Source: Convolutriloba macropyga (lineage: Eukaryota). From it: a stretch of 64,000 nt of DNA. Of this stretch, positions 48,951 to 62,600 are shown one piece after another. Position 1 is the stretch's first letter. Every line of letters starts with the position of its first letter. Location: the NCBI RefSeq assembly GCF_964194025.1, contig NC_134478.1:4526001-4590000 (forward strand). Direction: 5' to 3'. The notes under the pieces were generated by a model. The model made no database searches. It was given only the letters and a program-made list of their open reading frames with translations, and was not told the origin of the DNA. The position numbers were made by a program, and so were the translations under genes.

Positions 48951-50429
48951 TATCATTTAATTCCACAGACTTCCATTCATTTTTTTAAAAAAAATCTGAT
49001 TTTGGAGAGTGTATTTTTATCAATTTTTGATTAAAACTTGAAACATTAGTTGAAATTAGAACAATTAACGCTAATGAAAACATCAAAAATTCAATTTCAC
49101 AAACCCGCTCCACGTAACGCACCTTTCATATTCAAAGACTTAATTTGGAGAGTTGTATACGAAAATTGAATTATTTCATGATCATTGTGCAAATTTTGAT
49201 GTGCATGAAGAGAAAAATTTTGAGAAAACAATACATTCACTATAGATGTTCAGTTGTTTAGGGCAAATAGTTTGTGGGTCCAAGTTGGTTTCGTAGCTCC
49301 TGTAGGTCACCTTGCAACGCCCTTGCACTTTGAATTCTCGGTATCAGTTTTATCATTTTCTACTTAATGGGATCGGTTACATTTCTATTAATTAAATCAG
49401 GTCTTAGGTAGCCAAATTTCCTCCTAATCCTAAAAGCGCTGTTTTTTTCGTTTATCTCAATAACGATTTTAAATTAATTAGGTCGGAAATTGCAATTAAA
49501 ACTGAAAACGGTTTAAAAATTCCATATAACGGCAAAGTTAGATCCGTCATCGCAATTTAACGAGGACGCATAATAATTCGCGTATGCACATGGTTCTTCT
49601 GCAAACATCCACTTTCTAGGTGTTAGTGAATTATGATGGGAGGGGATGATTAATTCCTATAATTTGCTGCGATTTATAAGTATTAAGGCACTTCACTTTC
49701 TTTTGCTTAATTTTTTTTGCTACAATATTTTAGAAGTCAACTGATTCCGTCCAGTTTTGATGATGGTTGTGTTTTCTGCTCTAACTGCCAGTCTTTTTTA
49801 AAGAAAAGTCATTGTGTCTTTGACTTCGCCTGCCAAAAAAAGTTCAGTTAAAATCAACGTTTTGCGCCATCCATCTGAATCAATCATGGAATAAATTCAT
49901 TATAACCGTAATCTAAACATACGGGTACAAACATAATTTGGTAGTTTGTAAAAACGGGCCACCCAAATTAAAAACCACAATGCCAATCGAAATTACCTGA
50001 AATGGCAAACAAAAGCAAACGGAGTTTGCGAAAATAGCATACTATGGTAGACTAAATTGGACTGTTGCTAAGTAGTGGCCACTTTATTTTGAATATGGAT
50101 GAATCAAGCTGCTGGTTTGAAGACTAACAAGCCGGTGCGCAAAAGGGTGAACTGTACTGATCAGAAGCTATGAAGGTTATGACAGTAAATTCAAGAAAAG
50201 TAAATTTTGAGCTAATGCAGCAAAAATTTATTACAATGAGGGCGTTAGGATGGTTAGGCTCAGCTGACAGTTGAATGGTTTTCGTTTGAACTGAGGCTCT
50301 TAAAGATAGTGGAGAGTAAAAGGCTGCTTCTTAAACACCTGTCACAACAGAGTTTTTTTTGCTTTTGAGGAACTTTTATTTCATTTGGTTTAAAGTTTGC
50401 TACGTATCGCAGGGGGCAGCACCCGATAT

Positions 50430-53400
50430 GTTTAGTTTAACTTATCAGAAAATCCCGTCAGTGCCCGGAAAATCGTGATCGGCTCTAGCCAGAGGCCACA
50501 GGAATGAAATCTTCAAGGATGTATATTATTTCATGCACAGCTATTTTTTTAAATGCTTGGGCCGTTTGAAAAGTACTTGTTGATTTGGTAAATACTCTGT
50601 TTGAAGCGATTTCAAAAACGAGTTGCTTTTTGTTGCGAAGAGAGCCCATTTTTTAAGATTCGTCTTTTAACCAGTAAAAACTCAAGACGACAATGATGAA
50701 CCACCAAGAAGTGAATGATTTGGAGTCAGTGCAAAGGGCCCGGTCATATCATATGGAACACTTGCGAGGGCCCTGGAGTTCATGTTTGCCTCTATTTCAT
50801 AAAAATTGCTAAGAAATTCGTCATTTAAAATTCTCTAACCAAGGACCAAGTAAAATGTTGGTTTGATAAATTTTTCCAGTCTCTCCCATATTCAACCGAA
50901 AGAGGTAGCAGCTAGGTGTCAAGTTTCCAATCTACCTCTACAACCTTGAGGGGTAGCTTAGCTGCTAATAGTTTTTTTTAAATCTACGATTGCATAGAGC
51001 GGTTTGAACGAAAAAATGACTTGCCACAGTCTGGTATGAAACTTTTAAATTTTACTCTGCGGCTGACCAGTTTCCTGATGCAGCTGATTGCGGAGTCTGT
51101 TGTGAGATTGTTTGATACTACAAAACATGTTTCGCACAAGACTATTGACGAGCAAAAAATATCGGCTAGATAAATTGCCATTGATGTTTACAGACCAAAG
51201 AACCTAAAAGATAGAGATTTGTTGTTTCCAAGACAAACTGAATTTTCCTGAGCAGTTTCCAAAGTTAAACCGGCCATCTGGGGATGCTAGGTTTTCAGCA
51301 TTGTACGACATGGCATGCAATGGCGTATAGTCTGTTTAAGAATTGCTCTGCAACGAAGCATTCAGTAATATTCCATGTGAGTGTTGAAAATCTTCTTGGG
51401 CCCACAATGATATTTAATTTGGTCTGTGTCTTGTATAAGCAAACTAACTTAAGCATTGTTTCCGTTAAATATTAAAGGATAATGAAAGGTCATCAAAAGT
51501 TTTGCCTTTGACAAGCGACCACGTGCTCTTATGTGATGGTTCTCGTCTACGAAATGTGTTAGTACTTTCAATCAGCTAGAAGTAGGTTACTCAACTCCTT
51601 TCTTCAACGCTACGAACTCCATGTTGAAATCTTGTCCTTGAATACCTTCAGTGAGACACATTTAATTTTTAGTTTATTGCGCTAAATTCTTTTCTGCGTA
51701 GAGTTTGCTGCATTTGTCGGCAAATGAACGCAGGCGGCTATCACGCTCACCATTTTGTTCCAATTGTTGAATATAGTCGCATCATTAAATCTCAACATAA
51801 TTGAGTTTACTGAATTAGATGAAAAAAATTCCCATATGGAAAGTAGAAAATTACTAATTCGGGCCACTCGGATCGTTTTGGCTCACAAATGACTGTCCTG
51901 ATATCATTCTAGATTTTGATATCTTTTGCTCACTACTCTATCTTGAATTTCTGTCATCAGCGGGATTAGCAGAGCATAAAAACTAATTCGATCGGAAGCT
52001 GTGGAGACATCTAATTTTTTGACTAGTCGATTTGTCAGAAATATACTGTGCCGCATTTCACGTTTTTTGAGCCAGCACAGGACTGTAGTGCTGTTGGACC
52101 ACAAAAACATAATCTAAAAAATCTATATCATGGTTTTTGGTTATAAATTGTGCTAGTTGAGCTCAGTTTTCAACGGCTTTTAATTTCCTGTTCGGGATAG
52201 TCAACTTTATTATAAGAGCTACGCGAGCAATGCCTATGACATTTTTTTGAACTTGTTGAAGGCCTGATTAAAATTGTATAAAAGGGGCTTGCCCAACGGT
52301 GACAGTAGGCTTGTAGGTTTTTGTGGTCGAAATGTAAGAGGAGTTATGAACCCAAGCAATTCAAGCATAGACGTCACCAATACGATTAATGATCTTTGAG
52401 TTACCTCGCCTCTAACTTGAATTTTTTCAGTAGCTTACCTTCCTTTACATAGCAACCTGACAGTCTAACGCGGGGTTCCATTGTGAACCGAGCATCTTTT
52501 GGTCATGAGGGGAGGGTTGTCTGATTGCAATCTGATTTCAGTTTTGAATACAATTGAAAGTTCACGTCTGTTTGAATTCAAATCAATTTGGTTGAGACCT
52601 CTTGTGGATAAAGCATTTCTCAATCCCTGCAGTTTTTTCCGCAATTTTGAGTGAATTTGTTGAAACATGAAGCTCATCCTTATGTTGCGTTCAATATATT
52701 TGAGAGCATCAGGAAAGTTTTGTCACGAGCCGTTTTCTCAAAGCCTTTGAGGCAAAACAGGCTGATTCTGTGGCCCCCGATATGTGACTGGCGTACTTGT
52801 AGGTATTAATACGACTATCACTGTCCAACAAAAAAGCCCAAATTTTCTCTCCAGGAGCAAATTCAACCTGCATAAACATTTGTTCAACATCAGTGGACAG
52901 CTCAGCCATGTTTTCCTTAAATCTCAGAATTATATCGGTGAGGTTCCTCAACAAATGTAGACGTTTCGGAAGATTATTATTTAACGACTGACCTTGGAAC
53001 AGAGTTGATGTATTAGCTGCACGGTCTAGTTTGTCGGGTTTGCTGTCATTAGTGACGGGACAATGAAGAGGGAATGACATTTCATTGGGTTCCTCTGGGA
53101 ACTGACCAATTTGTGACATATCCAATCTCTGAATCTTTCTGAAGTGTTTCTTCGTATATATGTTTGAGTTGTGGATGTTTTGAAAATTTTATTGTTAAGC
53201 CGATGAATTTGTTTTTCCGCGAAGCTGTTCTCTTTCCAGCTGACGAGCTTAGTTGACGAGTTTAGTTGTACCTTCAAAAAAATCAATGTTTGCTTTGACG
53301 TTTTTGGACATTGCTATCTCGGATTAAGGTATGACTAAATTATCAGTTTTCCAATCAGAGACCATCTTGAACATATTGGTGTCCTGTTTAAGATTGCCGT

Positions 53401-55840
53401 TTAATTGAGTTAACTACACTGTATTGCAGTCACCTCGGACTAAGTAAATTTTTGCGGCGCAATTATCATACCAAGTTCGATTACTACGCCGCATGGGGCT
53501 TTGTTGGGTCCTTTAATAAGTTGTTGTGATTGTATCGCTTCGAGTTTGTTGAATACGAGAATGATTGACAAATTAATGTACTCAATTTCTGTTAGGCATA
53601 TATAGCCGAAATGTTCTAACGAATGACTAACGACAATTACTTTCTTGGAGCCAACAATTGACATATTGAAATGCGGAACGGCTACTTCGTCAATTAGTTA
53701 GAATGATTGCTCACCTCGTAATGCTATAATTTGAAGAAGAGCTGGTTTACACTCAGTTTTTTTGTTGTTGATAACCACTGGTCGGCATTATTTCAATTAC
53801 AATTATTCTGAGCTTCAGATTGAACGGAGCAATGGATTCTGCCGTCTACTAATCAACGAAAACATAATTATCCAAAACTTTATCACAAATCTTCAATTGT
53901 ACTGGAACAACGTTCAACCCTAGTGTTCCTTGTACGTTTAAGGTTTTTCACATTACATGTTTTGAGCGTTGCTTAATAGAAAAAACTACCTTTCAATCGA
54001 GTCATGTGTTTCATATCAAAATATCTGCTAGGCCAAATGTTTTTGGGTGTCCATTTTTCCACTTGGCGGTCTCCAAAACAGTTGAATCATAATTGAAATT
54101 TTCTATGAGCACTCTCTGCAAATACTTTATAGATGGACCTAAAAGTTAGTATATTTAAGTTTAACTTTACAACATTAATTGCCTGTGCAAATTGTCACCA
54201 AATGTTGTCTGACTTCAACGGCTAAAGTCCTGTTAGAGCTGCTAGTGGACAGTTCAGATGAATTATTTTTCTATCCAATTAAAGCTGACGTTTTTTACAC
54301 TTGTAAAAAAAACTTTTCCAAAAAAATTGTGTTTGGCATGATTGAATATTTTGCAGGCTAGCATTCAAATCACTGCAGACTTTGCAGTAGTTGGGAAGCC
54401 AGTTGGAGAACATCGGTAGAGAAGGTTGTTAGAAATCTCTAACACACATTTGTTGCGCTCAAGACGTATAAGATTAGGCAATTTTGCCTGAGCCAAAAGA
54501 TTGAAGATCAGGAATGAATCTTAGTTTTTGAAAGGTATCCACCATTGTTGAAGAGGAAGGAGAAAAATTAAATGTAGCTCTGGAGATGGCACAATTTGGG
54601 TGAATTTAAAGGGTTCATTTTTCAAGGCATGCATATAAAATTTTCCCAGAATTCCCGAAATAATGTTGCTGAGGACGGTGAATTGCTGAAGTATTCAAAT
54701 CGCCAATGCAGTCATAGCTGTAAATAATGATTGTAGATAAATAAGTTTTTCTGGAGGTGTCGATGGAGCTCTTTCAATAGTAGATTGAAAAATACTGTTT
54801 TATTTTATCCAAATCTTTAACATTGAAGACCTGCATGCAATTTTGAACGGATTCTGGAAAGCGAGGGGAAATTAGAGCATTTTACGCAGAAACAAATGTC
54901 ATTTGCGTAACAGAAGTGTTGTTAGCAGAATTACTGAAATTTTGATTTTGTTGGTGATAAGTTGTTGTTATCACCGAGGGGGTTGCTATCAATTCAGAGA
55001 TTTCCGCCTTTGAGGACGGTTGAGAAATTTTGCTGTGATGCAATGCAGGGATCAACGGGTATCTGGAAATTTTATGGGAATGAGGTGATGAGAGTTGTAC
55101 CATTGGCTGCAGTATAACTAGAACTGACAAAACAAGAGGTCTCAGCGAGTGCTTAGACAATATTTTGGAGAATTTGATCAGTCGATGGAGTTTCGTCAAA
55201 GAAAGAGCTGGTGCGATCTCATTGGAATTTAAGTTAATCTACCAAGTATGGTTCAGTAAAAAGTTTGTTTCTTAAAAAAGATTTAATGTGTTTCCTATAA
55301 ATTGTGTTTTATATAAATTATAAATCTTCTGAGGTTTTAGGTCTATCTTCAAGTGACTGCTTTCTCTGGCCATTGTATCTTGTTCGAATTGTATCTTAGC
55401 ACCCAACAATTGACTAAGTTTACGCCTCTGCTGCATTTCTTTGATTTCATTTGCTGATTCCTCTAAAGGATTTTTCTGAGGAGTCTAAAGCAGTGATAGG
55501 ATAATCAGTATAAAAACTGATGGCTTTCCGAGTTCAGAAGATGCCAAACAATTCTGTTCATTTGAACTGATGACTTTTGAGGTGCCTATGGTTTGCTGAG
55601 GTAACTTTATCTCATCTTGGGAAATGGTTGAGTTTGAGTTCTCCTTGAGAACGTTATTATTTGTATTTGACCTTGTTTCAATCATTAAAGAAATATCCAT
55701 TCATTCAAAGAGAACGATCAAAAATGAAAATCCGATAGGTGATTGCGTGAACTATTTACCGAATAAATTTTAATAAAATTTTTACGGAAAGTTTTCAGGC
55801 TAATTATGTCACCGTGAAGATTAGCATTCAGTGCGCCAAA
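50430..55840 (-). mobile_element. Highly degenerate BEL/Pao element
   Basis: Minus strand WPLAR..IFPGTDG (~50480), integrase GxWERL (~50890), RNaseH FLWSNSTTVLCWL, RT STDVEQMFMQV; PBS-like TGGCGCACTGAA at 55827-55838. Confidence 0.85.
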
Positions 55841-55949
55841 AGCCTGAGCGAGAAACGGCAATTACACGTCTACACCTACATCAAAAGTAAGTCGTTGGTT
55901 TTGGGGAACGACAAAACGGAAATGCGCCCCTGAGGTGGCCAAAAATCCC

Positions 55950-56340
55950 AGAACCAAAAAGAAGGCGACGTTTGGTGGAACGAACAAGAAGGGTTGTATA
56001 AAGCCCAAGAATAACCGGAAAGAACACGAGGCGTTGGGGTCCCTAGTGTAAACCCCAGGAGAAGCGAGCGACCAACCAGAAAAGGGCATTTAGCTGCGTA
56101 AAACGTCACTAGATAAAGAGAAAAAGGCTGGAGTGTGGGGGAACGAATAACCAGAATGGGACCCTTGGGTTGGATAAAACCCCTGAGAAACCAAAAAGAA
56201 GACTGGGACTTCGGGGAATGACCAACCAGAACGGTTCTTTGGGTCGGGAGAAACTCTAGAACTGGAGAAGAGGCAGACGATTGTGGGTACGACCAAGCCG
56301 GAGGCAGTCTATGGAGTTGGTAAAACCCCAGAACGGGAAA
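55950..56340. repeat. GC-richer degenerate tandem sub-repeats, likely part of the LTR of the adjacent BEL
   Basis: Recurrent ACCA(A/G)AA.GAAG and GG(G/A)TTG...TAAA(A/G)CCC blocks. Confidence 0.45.
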
Positions 56341-59203
56341 AAATAAAAAAAAGTTGAGTACAAAATAATGCTCTAATCTCGATCTTTGTGTTTCTGTCTT
56401 TCTTTGGTATTGTTAACTCACCAAAGTTGAAATTTTAAGCAAGTCTCATGTTAGATCTATAGTTATTCTGAAACATTCAATAAAAATCAATGCGCACGTG
56501 GGTTTATCTCATTGGCCAATCTTTTTTTTTTAAAAAAAAACAAAGCTTAGCTTTAAGCGTGGTCTCAAAGCTGCTGGGCTGAGTGCCAAAAAGCTCTTGA
56601 ATTATAACCTCTTGAAAGGCGTTAACTAAATCCTAAGATTTAGAACGGCTTATCATTAATAATGCAGTTTCTTTTGTTTTCTTTCGCTTGCTTGTGTTGA
56701 TACTGTTTTTGTGAATTCCCCGTTTTCCGTCCAAATGCGAAGATGATTATGTTTTTTCCTGCAATTGCTGTGCTTTTATTAACGAAAAGTCACAGAAATC
56801 TTGACAGTCTGTTTAATTATCTACCATATCATGCAGGGATAGGACCAATTGATTATGATAGCACGTAAATCCTGCTCTGTTTTTTGTTTGAAACTTGAAG
56901 TGAGGTTAATACGAATCTGGTTATTTTTGTTCTTTCACAACAATGGCCAAAAACTGAAATGAGTTACACGTTTCACCTTTGGTTGAAGAAATATTCAAAA
57001 TTATTAACATTGCTCGATCAAAAAAAGAACATTAAATCAATCAAATAAACACCTTTTTTCGTCGATCATCAAAAATGAGATTCTGAATCCGATTTCTTTT
57101 TTAAAACTCTAAACACTACAGTCCTTCAAAGAATAATTTTTTTTTGATTTTCCAGCATGATTAATCCCTATGTTATTTAGTGCGCGTCCTTATACATTAA
57201 AACTAATGGCAGCGAAACCAGACAACGATGCCAACGACACTAATTTAACAGCAGAGTGCCAGTTTTGGTCAAAAACAAATCGGTCGCTGATTTCTCAACG
57301 CTTGTTGCGATAGTCGCAACTGAAATCGAGGAATACAACTGAGAAAAAATATGAGAAGTTGTCCCATACTGGAGTTTAATAAAAATTAGTTTTTAACTGA
57401 ACGTTCAATTTTTTACGGTCGTGCGAGTCTGCGAGAAAGTGAACAACATTTCAGGCACAAATATAGCAAAAAGAAACAAATCTGGACATAGGATCACTCC
57501 AATTTCTTCAAAAAATATGATGAATTTGTCAAAATAATTATACTATGTTGTACGAGTTCCAACTATTTATCTTCAAATCATCAAAATCATTGAATTTGTT
57601 GAAAACCAGCGAGCAAAGATAACGAAAAGCTGAAATTATTTTACAAAAGTACTGGCGCCAAAGGTTGAAAATTGTAACCCTACAATGAAAAACATAACCC
57701 CAGTTTCAAATCAGAGACGACCTCAAAGTATTCTTTAAGTAATTGAAAATAAAAAACATCTTTTCTCTATTGAAGTAAGTGAAAAAGTGACACAAGTAAC
57801 AACAACGCAACTAATTTCAAGACAGGTGTCAAATAATCACTAAAGGTTTTTGAAAGAAATGGATTTCTGGTCAGTATTTTCATCAAGATACAGCTTTATA
57901 AATCTAATGAGAGCTGTTTTTATTATGAAACAAAGGAAAAGACTACAAACGCTTAAAGTTTGGCTGTTATACTGGTTTTTTTTCTAAAAAAAACTTAGTT
58001 TCTACTTCGACGTCATTTGAGGAAAATTTAAAAAACTGAATATTTTCATTTTTTGTGGGATCTGTGATTTTCCAGATAGTAATTGAGTCAAAACTAATGA
58101 TAGCAGACAGTTCAAAATCAGGAATCGATTAATGTTTTCGAAGGTGAAATTTTCAAAGTCATAAAAAGCGTAAATTATTGACATCAAACGAAAACAGGCA
58201 AAAAGAGACACGCACAGCGAAAGCACATTGTGTCCAAGCAATCAAAACCGTAAATTATTGACAGCAAAAACTTATATAACGTTAATTGTGCCCGCTGGTG
58301 CCTGTCATTAATTATACTGATCTATAAGAAACTAAAAGAACAACTAATAGACTTAAAACTCACTAACTGTTTGCCAAAACACAGCATCAAAGACAAAAAG
58401 AACTGAAAACCTTTAACTGAAAATGCTTTCATAATTCGTTTTTCCGTCTCTAAGTAGTTGAAATGTCCACATTAATAAATTTAGTTATGAGAACTCAAAA
58501 AGACCAAAAAATACAGGCAGAACTCAAACGTTCACCAAAATTCCGCAAGACTGACAGCGAAATGAAAAAACAAATGCGCTCTTCGACAAAAATAATTTCC
58601 TAGCTTCAAACATATACAACAGATACCAGTAAAACTTCAAAACGCATAAGAGTAAATCTGAAAAAATCGCAAATGTTTTAGGGAAACTTATACATTAAGC
58701 CCATGAAAGTTTTTCACAGTGCAAAATTCGACTGAAACAATATTATCTAGGTATCATGAGAACATGTGTAGTATATCAGCATAAAGCATTTGAAGTGCAA
58801 AAAGTTAAGAAGGATTAAGTGAAAAGAGCAGTCAAAATGTGGCATGCAAAAACAATATCTAATATCCAAAAAATGTTTTAATTTAAAATCTCTTTTCCCT
58901 CTTTAAAAGCTGTTTGCGATATTTTTGCATCAAAGATATTCGTTCTTTTAATCGCATTAGTGTTCTGGTGCTACCAAAATCACGGTTTCAATTTGACGAC
59001 TCATCGTTACCAAAGAGTAGAAAAAATTGAAAAACAAAAAAGATGCCCCCCAATGTATTCGAAAACTGTTCGACAGTAAAAACCACAATGAGACCAAAAA
59101 CAGTGTCGCTATTGAAAGAACGTGTCGCTGATGTTAACATAATTGGGCAAAAGTATCAAAAATTGGCCGAAAACTACGAAGGCTACGTAAACTACTAAAA
59201 GGT

Positions 59204-59619
59204 TGTGGTACAGTTGTGCCAGATTCATAGGATTTATACTAAATTATATTAAGTTTGTCCTTGCCTTAGTAAAAGTCATACCTAATCATATTTCCCTTAT
59301 ACTTATTTTACCGCCGACTAATAAGTCTTCAGTTGTACACACTTCCCTCTTTTTTTATTATTCATTCGCTAAACTTATTCTTCTTAATTCAGTTGTTCTT
59401 AATCTTCTCAGTTTTGCAGTCAATATAATCCTATTTGGATTTGAGAAGGAATTCCACGTCACTGCATTAGAACTACAATTGTAGAACTAGTGCAGAGTAA
59501 AACTAAAAGTGGTAATCCAACAATTTAGTAATATATTGGATTCGCGGCTCGAACCAATTTAGATAACCTACAGTACATTCGTGGCTCGATTACATATATC
59601 CACAGTGAGAGGTATCACA
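59204..59619 (+). repeat. Gypsy 5' LTR (~416 bp)
   Basis: TGTGGTA...TATCACA termini, immediately followed by the PBS; the partner LTR is outside the window, so the 5' boundary is inferred. Confidence 0.7.
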
Positions 59620-59632
59620 TGGCGTAGTCAGC
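59620..59632 (+). promoter_or_regulatory. PBS complementary to the 3' end of tRNA-Ser
   Basis: TGGCGTAGTC(A)GC versus the expected TGGCGTAGTCGGC. Confidence 0.8.
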
Positions 59633-62600
59633 GATCAGAGAACGTGCAATCCTTGGAATTGAACCCTTTTGGGAGAAACCAACTCTAGAACCTCCGTTAA
59701 GATGGGACCGTTGCAAGATAATGCTGAAACTGGCTATCCAGGCAAAAGAAGGTATTTCGGTCGATACTCTTCGCGAAGATCCTCAAAATAAAGTCACGTT
59801 GCCTCCCGAACCCATCTACGAAGATAATGTAGAAAACAGTACAACTCAGAGTGAGAGAGATCGAAAAACAAGGAACGAGCAGCTCAAGAATGCATGGCTG
59901 AAAAGATGTCAGAAAATCGAAGTCGCAGTGATATTGTGCGGTGACAAGCCTATGAAGTTTTGCAACAACATAGCTGTTTCTCTGACTTTTCTTAGTCTCG
60001 AGATGGAAGGACGTCGAAAATTTGGTTCTCAAGAACCAAATATCCAGATTGATCGGGTATCCACAAAGGATCTTTGGGAGAGTTTAGACCAGGTATTTAC
60101 AAAGCAACGAAAAACAACTTTCAATCGTTATACCTTCCTAACCAGCAAACAATTAAAATGAGAACCCGTGGAAAAGTTCTATGGTTGTCCGCGAGAACTG
60201 TCTTTGAACTGCGATCTGGGAAGTCACGAAGAAACCATCATTAGGGATGTCTTCATAGCCAATACGCAAGACGGTGAGATTCAAAGAGAACTGCTAAAAG
60301 AAACGAGAACGGCTAAAAAGGCGTTAGAAGTGGCCATGAATATTGAGACGGGTATACAGAACCAGTTGAAGATATCTGGAACCGCCATTCTTCAGACAAC
60401 AAATGAAATTACGGCCACATCTATAAACAACATACAAGGCTTCTGAAACAGATTGCGACCTTCAACGAGCCAATTGATGAAACCTACAATTTGTCCAAAC
60501 TGTGGCTATGGTTGGTCAGCCGCTCATCAACAAAATTGCCCTGCCCATTGGAAGAATTACAAAAACTGTGGAATTACCAATCGCTTTGGGAAAATGGGTA
60601 GAAAACCTAAACATCCATTCATGCCGAAACCCAGAGTAAACAATGTTGATGATTTCATTTCCGAGGCAGCAACGGTGGGTACTTCAGCAACGGTTGGAGA
60701 GCAGGTTAACAATGTCGATAGATTGGTCCAAAAACATAGTATTTACGATGCAAATTATGACTCAGATTACGATGCTTATGATGACAATTGTATTGCTACA
60801 ATTTCCATCAATAACAATACTAGAGAAGTCGAGCCAGTGAATTTAAACATTTGCATCGGGAATACCAGTACAAAAGCTTTAGTGGATTCGGGAAGCTTTT
60901 ATAATTAATAGAAGCCTCGCAACAACAGTAGTGTCGGATTGTAAAGATAGCTTTTGGGTACAGTCACCAGAGATGGATGAACTCAAAACTTTCTCTAACG
61001 ATCTAATCAAAACTATTGGAGTAATCAAGACTTCACTCAAATGTAATGATTGGATAGCCACGGGCGTCAATGTGACAGTAGTTGATAATGGCCATAGACC
61101 TATAATCGGACGAGATCTCCTCACACAACTTGGTCTTTCGCTCACTCAAACAAAACAAGTTGCATTTGTTGATCAAAATCAATGTTTAATCAAGAAACAG
61201 ATAGCATTTGATTTTCCAGGTCTAATCTCAAGAATCGGTAAATCATTAAAACACTCAGTTAAATCTATGTTTCACAAAAACTTTTTATCTACACATCAAA
61301 TAGGCCGTAGGGTCCCAATTAACTTACAACCCTTAGATAATGACGAACTTAAAAAACTACTTGCCGAAAAACATATTATAAAATTAAACATTTCTTCAGA
61401 TAAAAATTTCATTTCACCTATAGTTATCACGGTAAAAAGGGATAAAACAGTTAAACTAGCCCTAGACTTAAAAATTCTGAATAAATCTATCCATGAAATT
61501 AAATACCAAATGCCCAATATAGATAACTTAATTGACACAATCCAACAAAATCTGAACACAAACGCGTCACATGAAACAGCATACTTTTCAACACTGGATT
61601 TGAAGTACGTGTACAGTCAACTTAATTTAGACCCAGAAACGGCTAGGCATTGCAAGTTCAATATTATAAGTGGTGAGGGTACTGGTACATACCGTTTCAT
61701 TACAGGACCAAAACAGCATCAATTTTAAATTTAACAGCACCTAAAAATTTAAAATAATTACGATCATTCTTAGGTTCAGTTCACTTCCCAGGCAAATTCA
61801 TCCCTAACTTGTCTCATTTATGCCACCCAACTCGACCATTGCCAAAAAAAAGAATACAAAACTTATTTGGAATGATGAATTTGAAGCCCATTTCCAATCA
61901 ATTAAAAATAAAGTCACAAATGCAACAGATCTATAATCCCCACTTGGAAACCTGGATCAAGTGCAATGCATCTGGAGCTGGATTAGGAGCAGCATTAGAA
62001 CAACGTTCACCGACAGGTTGGCATACGGTTGCATTCGCGTCTCGTTTCCTAAATTCAAATGAGGAACGCTACAGCATCAATGAACTAGAATTATTAGGGG
62101 TAGTGTGGTCTGTAGAATACTTTAAATATTATTTATTTGGCAAAACATTCACAATCATCACAGATCATCGAGCACTACTTTCTTTTATGAAAGAACACCG
62201 ATCTAACAAATCATATAATAGTCGTTTAACCCGTTGGGTAGACCACCTTTTACCCTTTGACTTTAATATTGAACATATACCAGGCACAAAAATGGGGCTG
62301 GTAGATTACATTTCTCGCCAACCAAATCAAGAAGCAAAAGTTACAAACAAATACGATGAGGAATTTGCGGTATCAACAATTACCCGCATTCGTGACGCTA
62401 TGACAGCAATTTATGCAAATACCACTCAGCAAAACTGCCAATTACAGCTCTTTAACAGCGCCAATCCATCTCACTCAACAGACTATTCCAATACGCTTTC
62501 TGCCATTATTCTTCATACAACTCAGTTGCTTCTTGATAACTCTGCAAACGCAGCACAAATCCGCTTCAATTCTAACCTGCTAACAAACTCAACTCAAGTC

